This document shows positions 11,318 to 22,951 of a stretch of 64,000 nucleotides of DNA, piece by piece (position 1 is the stretch's first letter; each line of letters starts with the position of its first letter). The translations under genes were made by a program, and so were the position numbers. The notes under the pieces were generated by a model. It saw nothing but the letters and a program-made list of their open reading frames with translations, did not search any database and had not been told where the DNA came from. Source of the stretch: Euglena gracilis. Lineage: Eukaryota. Location: positions 11,071,229 through 11,135,228 of the forward strand of contig CP154954.1 of assembly GCA_039621445.1 (NCBI GenBank), given 5' to 3'.

Positions 11318-12169
11318 TGTCGGCCGCCGGCTTTCGCCGGCAGCCAAAAATGGCCAGAAAGCACAAATTTCAAAGTCGCGGGTAACAGCCAACCAGTTAA
11401 AAAAACCCGCGACTTAAATTGGAAGCGGGTCAAATTAGTTTGCGCTTTCAAATTCGTCATTTTTCACAGAACTTGAGGGGTTTTCCCCAATATTTGGCAA
11501 GAAGGAATACTATTGTATTGAATTTGGCAATTGGACTTTGATTTGGAATTGCAAGCTGAGTTTCATTGTTGGTCATTGATCCATTGAAGACATTGTATTG
11601 AAGGAGCCTTAAACACCACCGCCCACTCCTCTATATCACCGTCTTCGCCACCTTCACCGAACGCTCCTTGCCCCAAGGTTTGCACATTTCATACATTCAC
11701 ATTTCACAGTTTCAGTTTCAAGTGTCTTCTCATTCAAGTTTCGGAGTTTCAGAATTCAAGTTTCTTTCAGTTTTGGCTTCAAAGTTCCAAGTTTCAGTGG
11801 GTTGGTTTTGCAAGGTGTGCAAGAGAGTGTGAGAGTGAGTGAGTGAGTGAGAGAGAGAGAGAGAGAGGAGAGAAGTGAGATTTGCAATCAAAATGGCAGA
11901 TTTTTCGTTTTTCACCAAAGTTTCGGAAACCCTTGAAAAAACGATCCTACGCACCGGCTGGGGTTGGGGAAACCACCTGGGTGAAAAAATGGGGGTTGGC
12001 TTGAGCCCACCAATTCCCCGAGAAAGCGCAGGCCCCACCCCGCAAACACCCACCCCCCTGCTGTCGGTGGTTATCCACGACGGCGAGGACCCCCCCGGGC
12101 CCTCGGCCCACCGGGACTCGCCGGTCGCAGGGGCGACCGGCGGCGCACAGGGGGAGGGGCCGGTCAACA
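11318..12169 (+). repeat. Family A 5' LTR (852 bp, TGT...ACA)
   Basis: Homologous to 38454-39300 and followed by PBS-like TGGTTAGCAGAGG. Confidence 0.88.
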
Positions 12170-15100
12170 TGGTTAGCAGAGGTTGGCTCACTGACTTCGT
12201 CAGTGAGGATTTTTCAGATCCGGTGAACATGGTAAGCAGAGGCAGTTTCACTGACTCTGTCAGTGAAAATTTTTCAGAGACGGTCAACACGGTCACAGAG
12301 GATTGTTCTGTTGGCTGTGTCAGCAGAATGGTACACGAGGGCAGTTTCACCAACCCAGTTGTCTGTGAATTTTCAGAAGAATCTGCATAAATCTGCTCTT
12401 TTTCAGGTCAATCTGTCCGAGTTTCAGATTGTGGTGAAAATTTTCTGAGATCTGTGGCAGAAATCTATTTTCAGAACGAAAAGGAAACGGAGTTTTTTGC
12501 AGCCCAGTTTTCAGAACCTGTGGCATCATTGCAAATCGTGACGGAATCTGTGGCAGAAAACAATTTTCAGGCTGCAGAAACTTTATCGTCTTCAGAATTT
12601 TCAGAAACGACACAGGAATCAGAATCTGATTCTGATTCGGGGAGGGGGTCAATTACATGCATAAGGCCCATCACGGTGGCAGGGCCAGAAAATTTTCAGC
12701 TGGTTCCACTTCACAGCAGTGATGAGGAACCAGACCCCCCAGCTTACAAAAGCGAAACAGAGGAAGAAAAACAGGCTGAAAACGCAATAATTCAGCAAAT
12801 GGTTATGCAAAGAATGAAAGCTGCTGGCATGTGGCCAGAAAATATTGCAGGTTTTCAGCAAATTTCTGTGTCGTCACGAGACAGCAGCCCAGGGCCAGAA
12901 CAAAAAATGTTGTGTTTAACAGCCCAGCCAGAACCATTGCTGTTAACACAGAGTTCAGAAACGCAGTCAGCACAGCCAGCTGCAGCCCAGCTGCAGGTTT
13001 TTCAGCCAGCCCAGCAGTTTTCGGCTGGGTCATCTGTTTCAGCAATCATGGGGCCATCCCAGATGACTTCACAGGTTTTTCAGCCAACCCAGCAGTTTTC
13101 GGCTGGGTCATCTGCCCCAGCAATCATGGGTCCAGCCCAGATGAGTGGGCAGGTTTTTCAGCCAACGTTAACAATGTCTTCAAACACAGGCCCAGCCCAG
13201 GTTTTTCGACCAATTCAGCCAGATTTTTCACAGACCCAGCCACAAAATTTACAGCCAAACACCAGTTTTTCTGCAGAAACTGGGTCTGAAAACCCTGAAA
13301 ATCAGCATGATGTGGAAATGGAATCGGGCTATGGCCAATGATGATGATTGGATGATTGGATGATTGGAACAATTGGGGTGAAGAAATCAGTTGTAAAATT
13401 GAATGTTTACATGGCAGACTTTTGGTGCAGGAAGGAAAAAACCCTGAAAAAACGGCTGAAATTCTGGTGGGTGAGGCAGAAAACAGGCTAAATCGGGCAT
13501 TGGCCATGTCACAGGGGCAGACATTGGATCTGGTCAATGAGGCATTGGGCATGCATGATCGACGAATGGCTGATCACATTGCCATGGTGAAACGTGAAAT
13601 TCAGGCTGAACTGAGTGCAACCATAAACGACTTGCTTTTGCAGTTTCAGCAAAATGGTGAAATGGTGCAAAATCTGGCCCAATGCCAAAGGCATTTGTTG
13701 AGTGTGGAAATGGAACGGCGGTTTGCTGAAAAAGTGAAGAAAGTGGAGGATGGAGTTAACTCGTTTTTTGAGGCCCAGGTTGAGGGGTTGAGAAAAAATG
13801 AGAGGGATTTTTCTCAGAAGCTGTCTTTTTTGGAAAAATCTGTGGGGGAGATGCACGTGGCGGTGCAACAAGTGGGGGAGAAGGAAAAACAGCAGGAAAT
13901 TGCTGTTAATCAGGTCAAATCTGCAGTTGGTGAGCTAAGCTCTGGTGTGGAGGGACGTTTTGGGATCATTTTTCAGCAATGTAAAAGTTTGGGGGAGACT
14001 GAGTGTGCCAAATTTCAGGCACAGGCTGAGAAATTGAAGGAATTTTCACAGTCCCTGGAGCGAGAGAGCAAAGCTCTGAATGATCGTTTGGGGAGGTTGG
14101 AGAATTTTCTGGGTCGGAAAGATTTTCCCATTGAGAAAGTCTCTGACTTGATTAACAAGAGTGAGGAAACAATTCGGTTGGAGGTGCAAAGGGAATTGGG
14201 GCTGCAAACGAGAAAGAATTTGGAGGTGATTATCAGTGAAATGTTGCAGGAAAGGTTGAGGCTGAGTGAAAGGGAGGGGCAGTTTGAGAAAGTTCGGGCT
14301 GAAATGGAAAATTCGATGAAACAGCAGGTTGGAGTTTTACTGCAACAGCAGTGCGTTGAACTTCGAAAAGAACAGCAGGAACGGAAAAAATTGCAACAAA
14401 AGCTGGATTTATTTCAGGCTGAGTTTTTGGTGATGAAAAATCAGCAAGCTGAATCTGCCAAATCTGCAACAGTGGATATGACAAAGGAAACGGGAGAAAA
14501 ATCAGCTGGAAATTGAGAAATCGAGGAGTTTGATCTTTTTGGTTACAACGATTTACCTGCGATTGAGAAAAATCCGGTTGAAATTGAAGGCTATGAATAC
14601 GCTGAACCAGGGTCACATGCGGCACATGCCAGACAGGTTTGTGTACGACCTGTGGGGGCAGTGCCTGCAGGTGCAGGGCTAGTTTCATCAAATGCAGTGG
14701 CAACGCATCAATTGATGAAAAACCTGGTAGCTCCAAATTTTTCTGGACAGCCAAAAGACTGGTCGTCCTTTGTGCGGGATTGGGATCAATATTTCAGGAC
14801 GGTGGTTATTTTGCAAAATGGACATGTGTCTGATTCACTCAAGCTTCAGCTTTTTGCAATGACGCTGGACGACACAAATAAAAAGGAATTGCAATTCCGA
14901 CTGGAATTGAACGGAAAAACATCTTTCGAGGAGGAATTTGACAGGCTTGAAGGGAAATATGCTGGAACTCAATCCGAGTGTGCCAGAAAAAAATGGTATG
15001 ATGTGAACCTCGTGAACCAAGGGAAAATTACCGTACAGGAATGGCGAGATTTTGTCATAAATTTCAGAATAGCCTGGAGACAGGTGAAAAGCGCCACTGA

Positions 15101-15999
15101 CGATGAGGCAGAAAGACTGGTCAAGGGAAAACTGCCAAATTTCATTTTGCATTGGGTCGCCGATGAGGAGGAAAGGAAATCAACGTGTGGACCGAAAGTC
15201 AAAATGTACCCTGGAGTGCCTGCAACCGAGGAAAACATTATTTGTGCTGTGGAACGTGTCACTGGGGAAAAGCCCTGCAAGGTTTCGAAAGTTTCACCGC
15301 TGGAGTTCGAAGTCTTTTTGCCCAACACTACGATTTGCGACAAACTGAAAGAGGTCAGTGGGAAACCAATCACAGGCACGGATAAAAGGATCAAAATTGT
15401 GGAGGAACAGCCAAAAATGGGAGTTGAAGAAATTTTCCGTTTTGTTGAGCGAAAATTGTCTTCCAGGGATTCTCAAGACATGATACACAGTTCCAGGGAG
15501 CCAAATGCATTTGGAAACCGGAGGGCCAGGTCTGCTAAGGCAGATCGGGCCAAGGGGTCCAGGACACCCTCCCCAACACGGTCAGCCAAGGGGGGCGAAA
15601 CGGTGGCAAAACCGTCCGTTGGAAAATCAGATTCACAGGTGGCAGCTCCTGCGACCAATGCAAACGTGAACCCCCCCGTACAAAATCCAGTGCCAGTGGT
15701 TCGATCACAGTCATTACCACCCCCCCCAGCAATCTCAATTTGGCAATGGGGGGGGATGGAGAAATGATTCTGGGTGGAATTCCAATGCCAATGCCAATTT
15801 TCAGGGAAATCAGTGGTGGCACTCAAATCAACAGAATTTTGATTCACAGTCTGGTGGTGGCAAAGGCAAAGGCAAAGGCAAAGGCAAAGGAAACAATTCT
15901 TGGGGGAAAGGAAACAATGGAAATGACTGGTCTAGGGGAAAGGGCCAGGACGGTGGAAAAGGCAAAGGCAAAGGGAGGGGGAAAGGAAACCGTTGCTAG
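11875..15999 (+). pseudogene. gag: Family A gag (ORF1), disrupted by stops and frameshifts
   Basis: ORF pieces 11875-12390, 12454-13341, 13356-14516 and 14652-15767 match the intact 1380-aa ORF at 27776-31918. Confidence 0.85.
12161..12301 (+). repeat. PBS (tRNA-iMet-like) within 60-bp tandem repeats of the LTR-end/PBS junction
   Basis: CGGT(C/G)AACA(T/C)GGT..CAGAGG at 12161, 12221 and 12281; CACTGAC-GTCAGTG hairpins lie between them. Confidence 0.7.
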
Positions 16000-17926
16000 G
16001 ATAGCCGGGGTGGACCGTTGGGGGCGGGAGGCGCCCCGGGCTCGCATACCCAGCCCCACACAAAGACATACACAAATCCCAGGTGGCAAGAAAAATCTCG
16101 TGTGAGTGAAAACACGATGAAAAATCTGCCATCCCAGGAGACTTCTGCGCAAGGTGTGCCCAGTGTGTCGGGTGCGTGCGTGCGTGACGTGCAAATCTGT
16201 GACTCGGCCCAAATCTGTAAAGAATCAGATCCCATAAGGGATCGTGCACAGCCTTCCGTAAAGAAAAGAGCTTTAGACATTTTTTGCGGTAAAGGCTCGG
16301 TTGGGGATTGCCTGAGAGAGCAGGGGTTTAAGGTTGTGTCAGTGGACATAAACCCCAGATTTAACCCAACCCACTGTGCAAATATTTTGGAGTGGAGATA
16401 TTGGAGGTAACCCCCCGGATATTTTCAGATCATCGCTGCGGGGGTGCCCTGTACAGAATATAGCTTGGCCAAAACATTGGGAATCAGAAATTTGGAGGGG
16501 GCAGATCGGCTGGTCAAAAAAACTTTGGAGATTGTCGAATATTTCAAACCAATATTGTGGTGGATTGAAAATCCCCGTCATGGACTTTTGCGGAAAAGAC
16601 CCTGTGTTCAAAATCTGACTTTTGTCGATGTTGACTATTGTCAGTTTTCAGATTGGGGATATCAAAAGCCCACCCGAATCTGGGGGAGCGAAAATCTGAG
16701 TAAGCTACAAAACAAACTTTGTGATGGCCAGACCTGCCCGAATTTGATTCCTGGGGGGAGGAGTCACCGAGAAAAGTTGGGAGGATATGGAATGACAGTT
16801 GGTACTCAGAAAAAATGGAGGATGCCCAAACAACTGGTGGAGTATTTGTTAACCGTGTTGGAACGAAAAAGCGGATATCGTAGGGAGGATTATGCGGTTA
16901 GGAAAGTTTGCATGGAGGAAATTGAGAAGGAATTTCGGGTTAAGGCGGAACGGGATTGTTTTGCAACCAGCCAAAATGCCAGGTGTGAAAAGTTTTACGG
17001 GGAGGATGATGATGCCATGAAAAAGGATTGGGGGGCGGAGGAAACGTTGTGGATGAACCCCCCTTGGACTTTGTGGCCTGAGGTGGCTGAAAAACTGCAA
17101 AATTCCAATTGTCGGGCAATTTGTATTTGCCCAGACTGGAATAGGAGGTGGGTGAAAAACCTGGTGGCTATGGCTGTCAAAAAGATTTATTTTCCCAAGG
17201 GGACAAAGTTGTTTGAGGCTGATGGGAGGATTTTGAGGGGTACCCGTTGGGCGGTGTGGGCCTTGTTGATCGATAGAAGGCAACTCTCCCAGGGGGGGGG
17301 GCAACCCCAGGGAAGAAAAAATTGGTTCGGCTGAAAAAAAGAATGTTGAGGGGGACAAAAACTCGGGGAGGAGCAAAGAAACTCGGGGAGGACAGACAAC
17401 TGCTGTTAAAAACCCAGATTAAGTTGGCAAATGGGGAGGAAAAAAAGGCCAGTATTTTGATTGACACGGGGGCGGAGGCAAACCTCATTCGACAAGGGTT
17501 GATAGGGACCACCTAATGTATCCTGCTAAGGACCCGTTAAGGTTTGAAACTGCCAATGGGCAAACTTTGGCGGGGGGGAGCAGATGTGCTAAGGTGAAAA
17601 TGATCCTTCAACAAAATTGGAATCAGGAAAGGGAGATTGAGTGTGTGGAATATGAGCTTGAATTTTATGAGGCAAACATCAAAGTTGATGCCATTCTTTC
17701 TTATCCATGGTTGGCGGAGGCAAAATTGGGAATTTTTCCACACCACAAGGCGTTGGTGAAAGACAGCCCCGACCTGATTTTTTTGCGGGGTGTTGAAAGA
17801 CGGAGGGGTCCACAAAAATTCAGGGATGACACAAATTTTTCAGTGGACAATGTGACTGTGGCGGATGGGTCTTCGTTTGGGTTGCAAAAACTTGGTCTCT
17901 GTTTGCCATTGGAGGGGTTGGACCAG
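16000..17926 (+). pseudogene. pol: pol N-terminus: C5-MTase (~16266-16853), Dam-like N6A-MTase (~16890-17273), aspartic protease (~17395-17720)
   Basis: LDIFCGKGS, GVPCTEYS, IENP, KPTRIWG; DCFA...WMNPPW; LIDTGA. In-frame TAA at 16408-16410 and homopolymer frameshifts. Confidence 0.88.
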
Positions 17927-18597
17927 GGATGTTGCATTGAGTTTGGATGAGATTCATGCAAAATCGTGCACCCCCCCGCACTTTGCCCCTCAAAACCGTG
18001 TTTTCGGTGGTCAAAATGCAACTTCCAGCTCACAACGCGCTTTTCACACACCAACCGAAGCATCTTCGGATGCCCGCCATCCAACTCGCAATTTTGTGCA
18101 TCAAATTCGCGATTCGTTGGATGCCAATCCTTCCAAAAGCGCAGTACGCGCACCCCTACAAGCATCTTCGGATGCGCATGTCCTACAAGCATCCACGGAT
18201 GCACATGATCATGAACATGCCTAAAATCGCGATTACAATCGCCCGTTTATACCACAACTTAAGATTCCCCCCCCTACGGGTGAATCCTTGGACGAGGAAC
18301 CGGTTTTTACTACAAAAACCGCAAATCCTCAGGTTTTACAACAAGAAATTTGCGAATCTGGACTGATTCGCGGTATGAGCCATACCCCTACCCCGGGGAT
18401 TGGCCATGAAGCGCTAATGCGAATCACGGAATTTACCGCGATTCCTCGATTTGCGGGTGAACAACGGGATTCCTACTCCCCTGGTATGTTACCACACCCC
18501 GAATCGCGGAATCACGACCCTTTACAATCCGAATCGCGGAATCGCGAAACACAACCATATAATTCGCGAAACGGCGATGTACCAGATACCCATGGTA
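17927..18597 (+). pseudogene. Internal fragment of a family-B gag
   Basis: LIRGMSHTPTPGIGHE matches LVRGMSQHPTPGIG in 41083..42903(-) and the start of 44565-44790. Confidence 0.7.
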
Positions 18598-21500
18598 CCT
18601 GTCGAGGAGCGGGATTTTCCCTGCCCCTTTGACGGAGGTTTCGGCTGTGAGGTTTTCCCATAGCCGGATGAGTACGACGTGCGTGAATCCTTGTCCCGAG
18701 GTTGATCCCCGAGAAGAGGATGCAGCACTCTGGCCGCCAGCACCACTACCGCCTTTTGGTGGGGGCTGATCACCAGATTTCGGTGTGGGCTTGCAAGGGG
18801 CGGGGCCCGGCTTTGTTTTTGCCGGGGCCTTCGGACTTCCGGTTTCCGGAGTATTCGAGGGCCGCCGTTCGGCGTCGCGCTTGCTTGTCCAGGTGCGTGG
18901 TAACGCCTGGGACGGGGGTTTTTTCCCCGAAGCCGAACGTCGTTGACCTTCAGCAGGGGTTTCCCGAGCTGAGGGTCTTCCTGCACGTTCCTCCGCGGCA
19001 CCCGTGGATTTCCCAGGGGTAGCCGTGGGGGACAGTATGGGTGCAGGCTTGGCCGGCGCACTTCGCTCTGGTTGAGCCTGTGGCGGGGGCATGGACGACC
19101 GCTCGGCCTGTTTTTCAGGCGCCGGTGTCCGTGTGCCTTGATGCTTTGGTGCAGTGGCTGTGGACGTGCGCTGAGGTGCGGGTTCATCCCGTGCCTCGGA
19201 TGGCGCTACAGGTGTTGATACAGGTTCATCCTGTACCGGCCCGGTGGGTGTTGTTTCCACTACCATTGCTGTCTGTTCGTCTTCCGTCCGTGTTGCTTCC
19301 GACACTGGCGGTGGCGCCGCCGTTGGGGGAGGTTCATCCTCCACCATGGCTGTAGTGCTAGGTGTTTCTTCCATCTGCTGGGCAGTTTCCGCCGCAGCTG
19401 TGGAAGAGCTCGCCGCAGTGCCACGTGGAGTGACAACTGCGATCAGTGACCGCAAACCACCGAGTACGCGTCCGCCCAGCGAGGTGCGCCGTTCAGGTCC
19501 CTCACCTGAAGTGGGCTCCTCCGCTGGCTCCTCTGTCGACGGGGTTTCCCCGGAAACAGGGAGTTTGAGGCGTAATACCTCAGGCGTGTGAGGTACCGTC
19601 TCCGGCGGGTTTTCCCGCGGACGGGTCGGTACCCCTGTCGTACTCAGTGAGGTGGGTAAGGTTGGAACAGGTGACATTTCACCTGCCGGCGATCCTGGGC
19701 GCTGGGCAGTTTCTGCCACAGTGTCCAGCATCAGGACAGATGGGCTACGGGTTTCCCGTGCCGGAGGTTCCGCTGGCTGAGGTTCATCCTCGGCCATTGG
19801 GGCCGTCTCCTCCTCCTCATCCGCTTCCGGAGGGGATTCCTCTGTGTGTAGTTGTGCTGCAGTACGCGGGTCTTTTCCGCTCCTGTAGCACCCTTGTGCG
19901 TCTGACAGGCGGTAAAAGCTTATACTTTCACTCCTATCAGAGTTGGGGTATGGGGGCGGCCACGACGCTCTCGCCCAGCTTCCGGGTGGAAGTTGCGGCT
20001 CGTCGTCGTCGATCAGGCAGAGGTCTTCCCACTGCTGTTGATGCATGCTGTATTCTCCTGTGTCTTCCAGGAAAGCGGGCAGCGGCAACGCATAACGAGG
20101 TTCTTTCCCCTCGTGTGCCGCGAAAAACATCTGAAAATCTTCCCAGATCAGGATCTTCCCGAACTGGGTGTCCAGGTGCTCCTGGAGGCCGATTTCAGAC
20201 TCTTCCCAGTCCGGTCGCAAGTTCATCCTGCGTTGGTCTGGATCATTGGGTCTGACGTCCAACTCGGAGTATCTCCGAGGTAACCACCTTCTGTGGATAT
20301 TCACATCAGCGGTCATGTATTCCAGGAAATATATGTAAGCCTCCAGGACGTAGGTAATCCACGCCCTATGCCAGTATTGTTGTAGCAGAAATATTTTCTG
20401 CCGGTGCTGTTTCAGCACCTTTCGGTCTTGCGTTCCGATATTAGGATTCCGGCACTGATGCAGGAGGAATCTACTGGTCGGCTGGCTGCCGGCATTCTCA
20501 GCAGTCGGAGGCGGTTTTCCGCGTTCTCCGAAACCCCAGAAGTCAACAATGTGTACTTCTTTGCAAAACTGGCATTCCAGTTTGTACCGCTGGGGGTACG
20601 CGAGGTCGACGTCCAGTACCTTGAACAGCGTGCCATGCATGCTGTCCAAGTATAACTGCAGATTGCAGGTGAACATTACCGCGGCCTGCGCCTGGAGTTT
20701 CTCCGGCAGGGGGTAATACTTCCACTGTATTCCCAGTGCTCCAACGGAATACAGGTGCATGAGGATTTCCTTCAGCTGTGCGACGAATGTTCGTCGTCTT
20801 CACAAGTATTCATACAATCGATATACGTCAGACCGTTTCGGTCGGTAAAAATGCCGAAATTAGGGCAGGGGTATCCCAACCAGAACCACAGCTCCCAGAA
20901 ACCGGACATCCGGTCCAGGACAACTTCACTCGAATGAGGGTATCCCTCAAAAGCGTGAAGTTCGGAACTGTAGAAAAAACGTTTGCAGTGATCGCTCATA
21001 CGATTCTGCACCACTTCGAGCGCCGCATCCGGTGGTCGGTGGATCACGTTGCCCGCTTTCGTGAACTTTTGGCGATCTTCGGCGATTTTCGGCCAGATCT
21101 CCTCAAGTTACTTGAAGACCGAGGCAACGTCATTGTCCTTCGTTTTCGAATGATCGGCGGCTTTTCCGCCTTTTCCTGCTGGGGGTCCGGCAGATTTTCC
21201 GCCTTTGCCTGGAGATGGCCAAGCGGCTTTTCCGCCTTTGCCAGGTGGGGCTTTTCCACCTTTCTCCTGGCCTTTTCCCTTTCCCTTACCATTGCCTTTA
21301 CCTTTACCCTTACCCTTTGTGTTAGACAGCCATTCGAATGTTGCCCAGTAATCCCAGTATTCTGGGTCTTCTATTGTAAACACAGGGTAAGTCACGGTTT
21401 CTGTGCTGGGCGTTCGAGCAAATTCCTGCTCAGCGTCACCACGGTTCGAGTAAACCGGCGCGACCGGGGGTGGTCGGGTTTCCCGACGTGCTCGTCGCTG

Positions 21501-22779
21501 GCGGAGCTTCCTCCTCAGCGTCGACGTGCATCGCCGCAGGCGGATTTTCCGACCTCTGCGAGCGGCGCTGTGGCTGCGGCGTCGGATTTTCCGGGCCGCG
21601 GTCACGCTTGCCGGCGGCAGAGCTCGTGGGTCGTGCTGATGTCGCTTCCGCCACAGCAACTTCCTGCTGTCGTGCTGGTTGACTTGATCGTGATGGAGCT
21701 GGGACTCCTGTGAGAGCCGACACTACAGCATCATACTGCTGGCGCTCTTCTCTCGTCATTTCCGCCCGGGCAGGTTATCCCTGGCCAGCGGAAACAGGGG
21801 GGCGACGTGCGATTTGTCGTTGGATCGTCACAGCATATTCCTACTGTTGACGCTCCTCCTCGGACTCGAACGGCCGGCCAGTCCACGGGTTAACGGGTTC
21901 ATCCCGAACCTGAGGGACTGGCACCGCACGACGCGCTGCCGCGGCTTCCCGCGGATGAGCGCTTCGGGCGGTGTCAGACGTCGGGGGAGGGTTTCCCCCC
22001 ACAGGACGTCGTGGCACAGGGTCAGGTATGGTTGGGTGGGGTTGAGGTGGATACACGTACTGATCCTGGGGCATTGGTGCCTCCTGGGGGTAATCCCCAG
22101 GGACGGCGTACTGAGGTACATGCTCCTGCGCAGGGTAATCCCGCCGGGGCATGAGCTCAGGGGATCGAAAAATACTTTCTTTCACGCGTGGGTGTTCACT
22201 CCGGACAGGTGCTTCCACTGTCCTTTCCTCGGGTAATCCGTGGGAGTGAGCGCGAAAGTGTGCGGTGTAAGTGCCAACTGGTGGTACCTGCCGTGCTACA
22301 TGTGGCGGGACTTCCACGCCCAGGTCACGCATGGTAATGTTTGCCGCGAATCCCGACGTGTCCGGGTCGGTGTAATACACCAAACCAGCCATCGTCGCCT
22401 GGGCGCACATACACCACAGGGATGGAGTGGTATTCGCTATGGTCAAAATTTTACGCCAGTGATCATCCCACAATGCCTGGGTGAGGTGGTCTGGTGCCGG
22501 GTTTGCGCTCATACGCATAACCAGGTTCATCGTCTCCGCCGTGCGGTGGATCATCACACCCGCATACGGTGGGAGGCGACGAGAGCCTGATGGCTGAGAT
22601 GGCCGCGCTTCCGCGGACATCCGCGTCATCCTGCTACTGCTGCTTGCTTCAGGGTTTCCCTGAGCCGCAGTCCGTGCAGGTGGCTGCGTACCGTATCGGT
22701 ACGCATACTGGTCAGTTTGATGGTGAGTGGTGGGGTGGTAAGGCGGGCCTCCGCCTGACTCCCTTCCACCGGGCAGCAT
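18598..22779 (-). pseudogene. Family B accessory ORF3 (unknown function), copy 1, fragmented
   Basis: ORFs 21841-22779, 21108-21659, 20772-21047 and 18433-20760 are homologous to 51700-55920 and 57670-64000. Confidence 0.75.
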
Positions 22780-22951
22780 GATACCCCCAGAGGTCGGTAC
22801 GGTTGGATGGTTGTGTTGTTGGTTGTAAGTTGGTAAGGGTATCCGCTTGAGTATTATTTGCTAAAAAGTCTGCGGAAAGAAAGAATGATAAGAATCAATT
22901 ATAAAAAGAAGATAAAACAACATGGGTTTCCCATGCGGTCTCAAAAACTTG

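Larger units (their letters stand above)
11318..17926 (+). mobile_element. Family A Gypsy element copy 1, 3'-truncated after the protease
   Basis: LTR, PBS, gag, MTases and PR are colinear and highly similar to 27720-33846; similarity ends at ...GGACCAGG (~17926). Confidence 0.9.

Noticed and set aside
20778-21713. Numerous antisense or overlapping ORFs (e.g. 20778-21713+, 58102-58728+, 3492-4451+)
   Set aside because: They are shadows of GC-rich or TA-poor sequence with no recognisable motifs and no conservation between paralogous copies.
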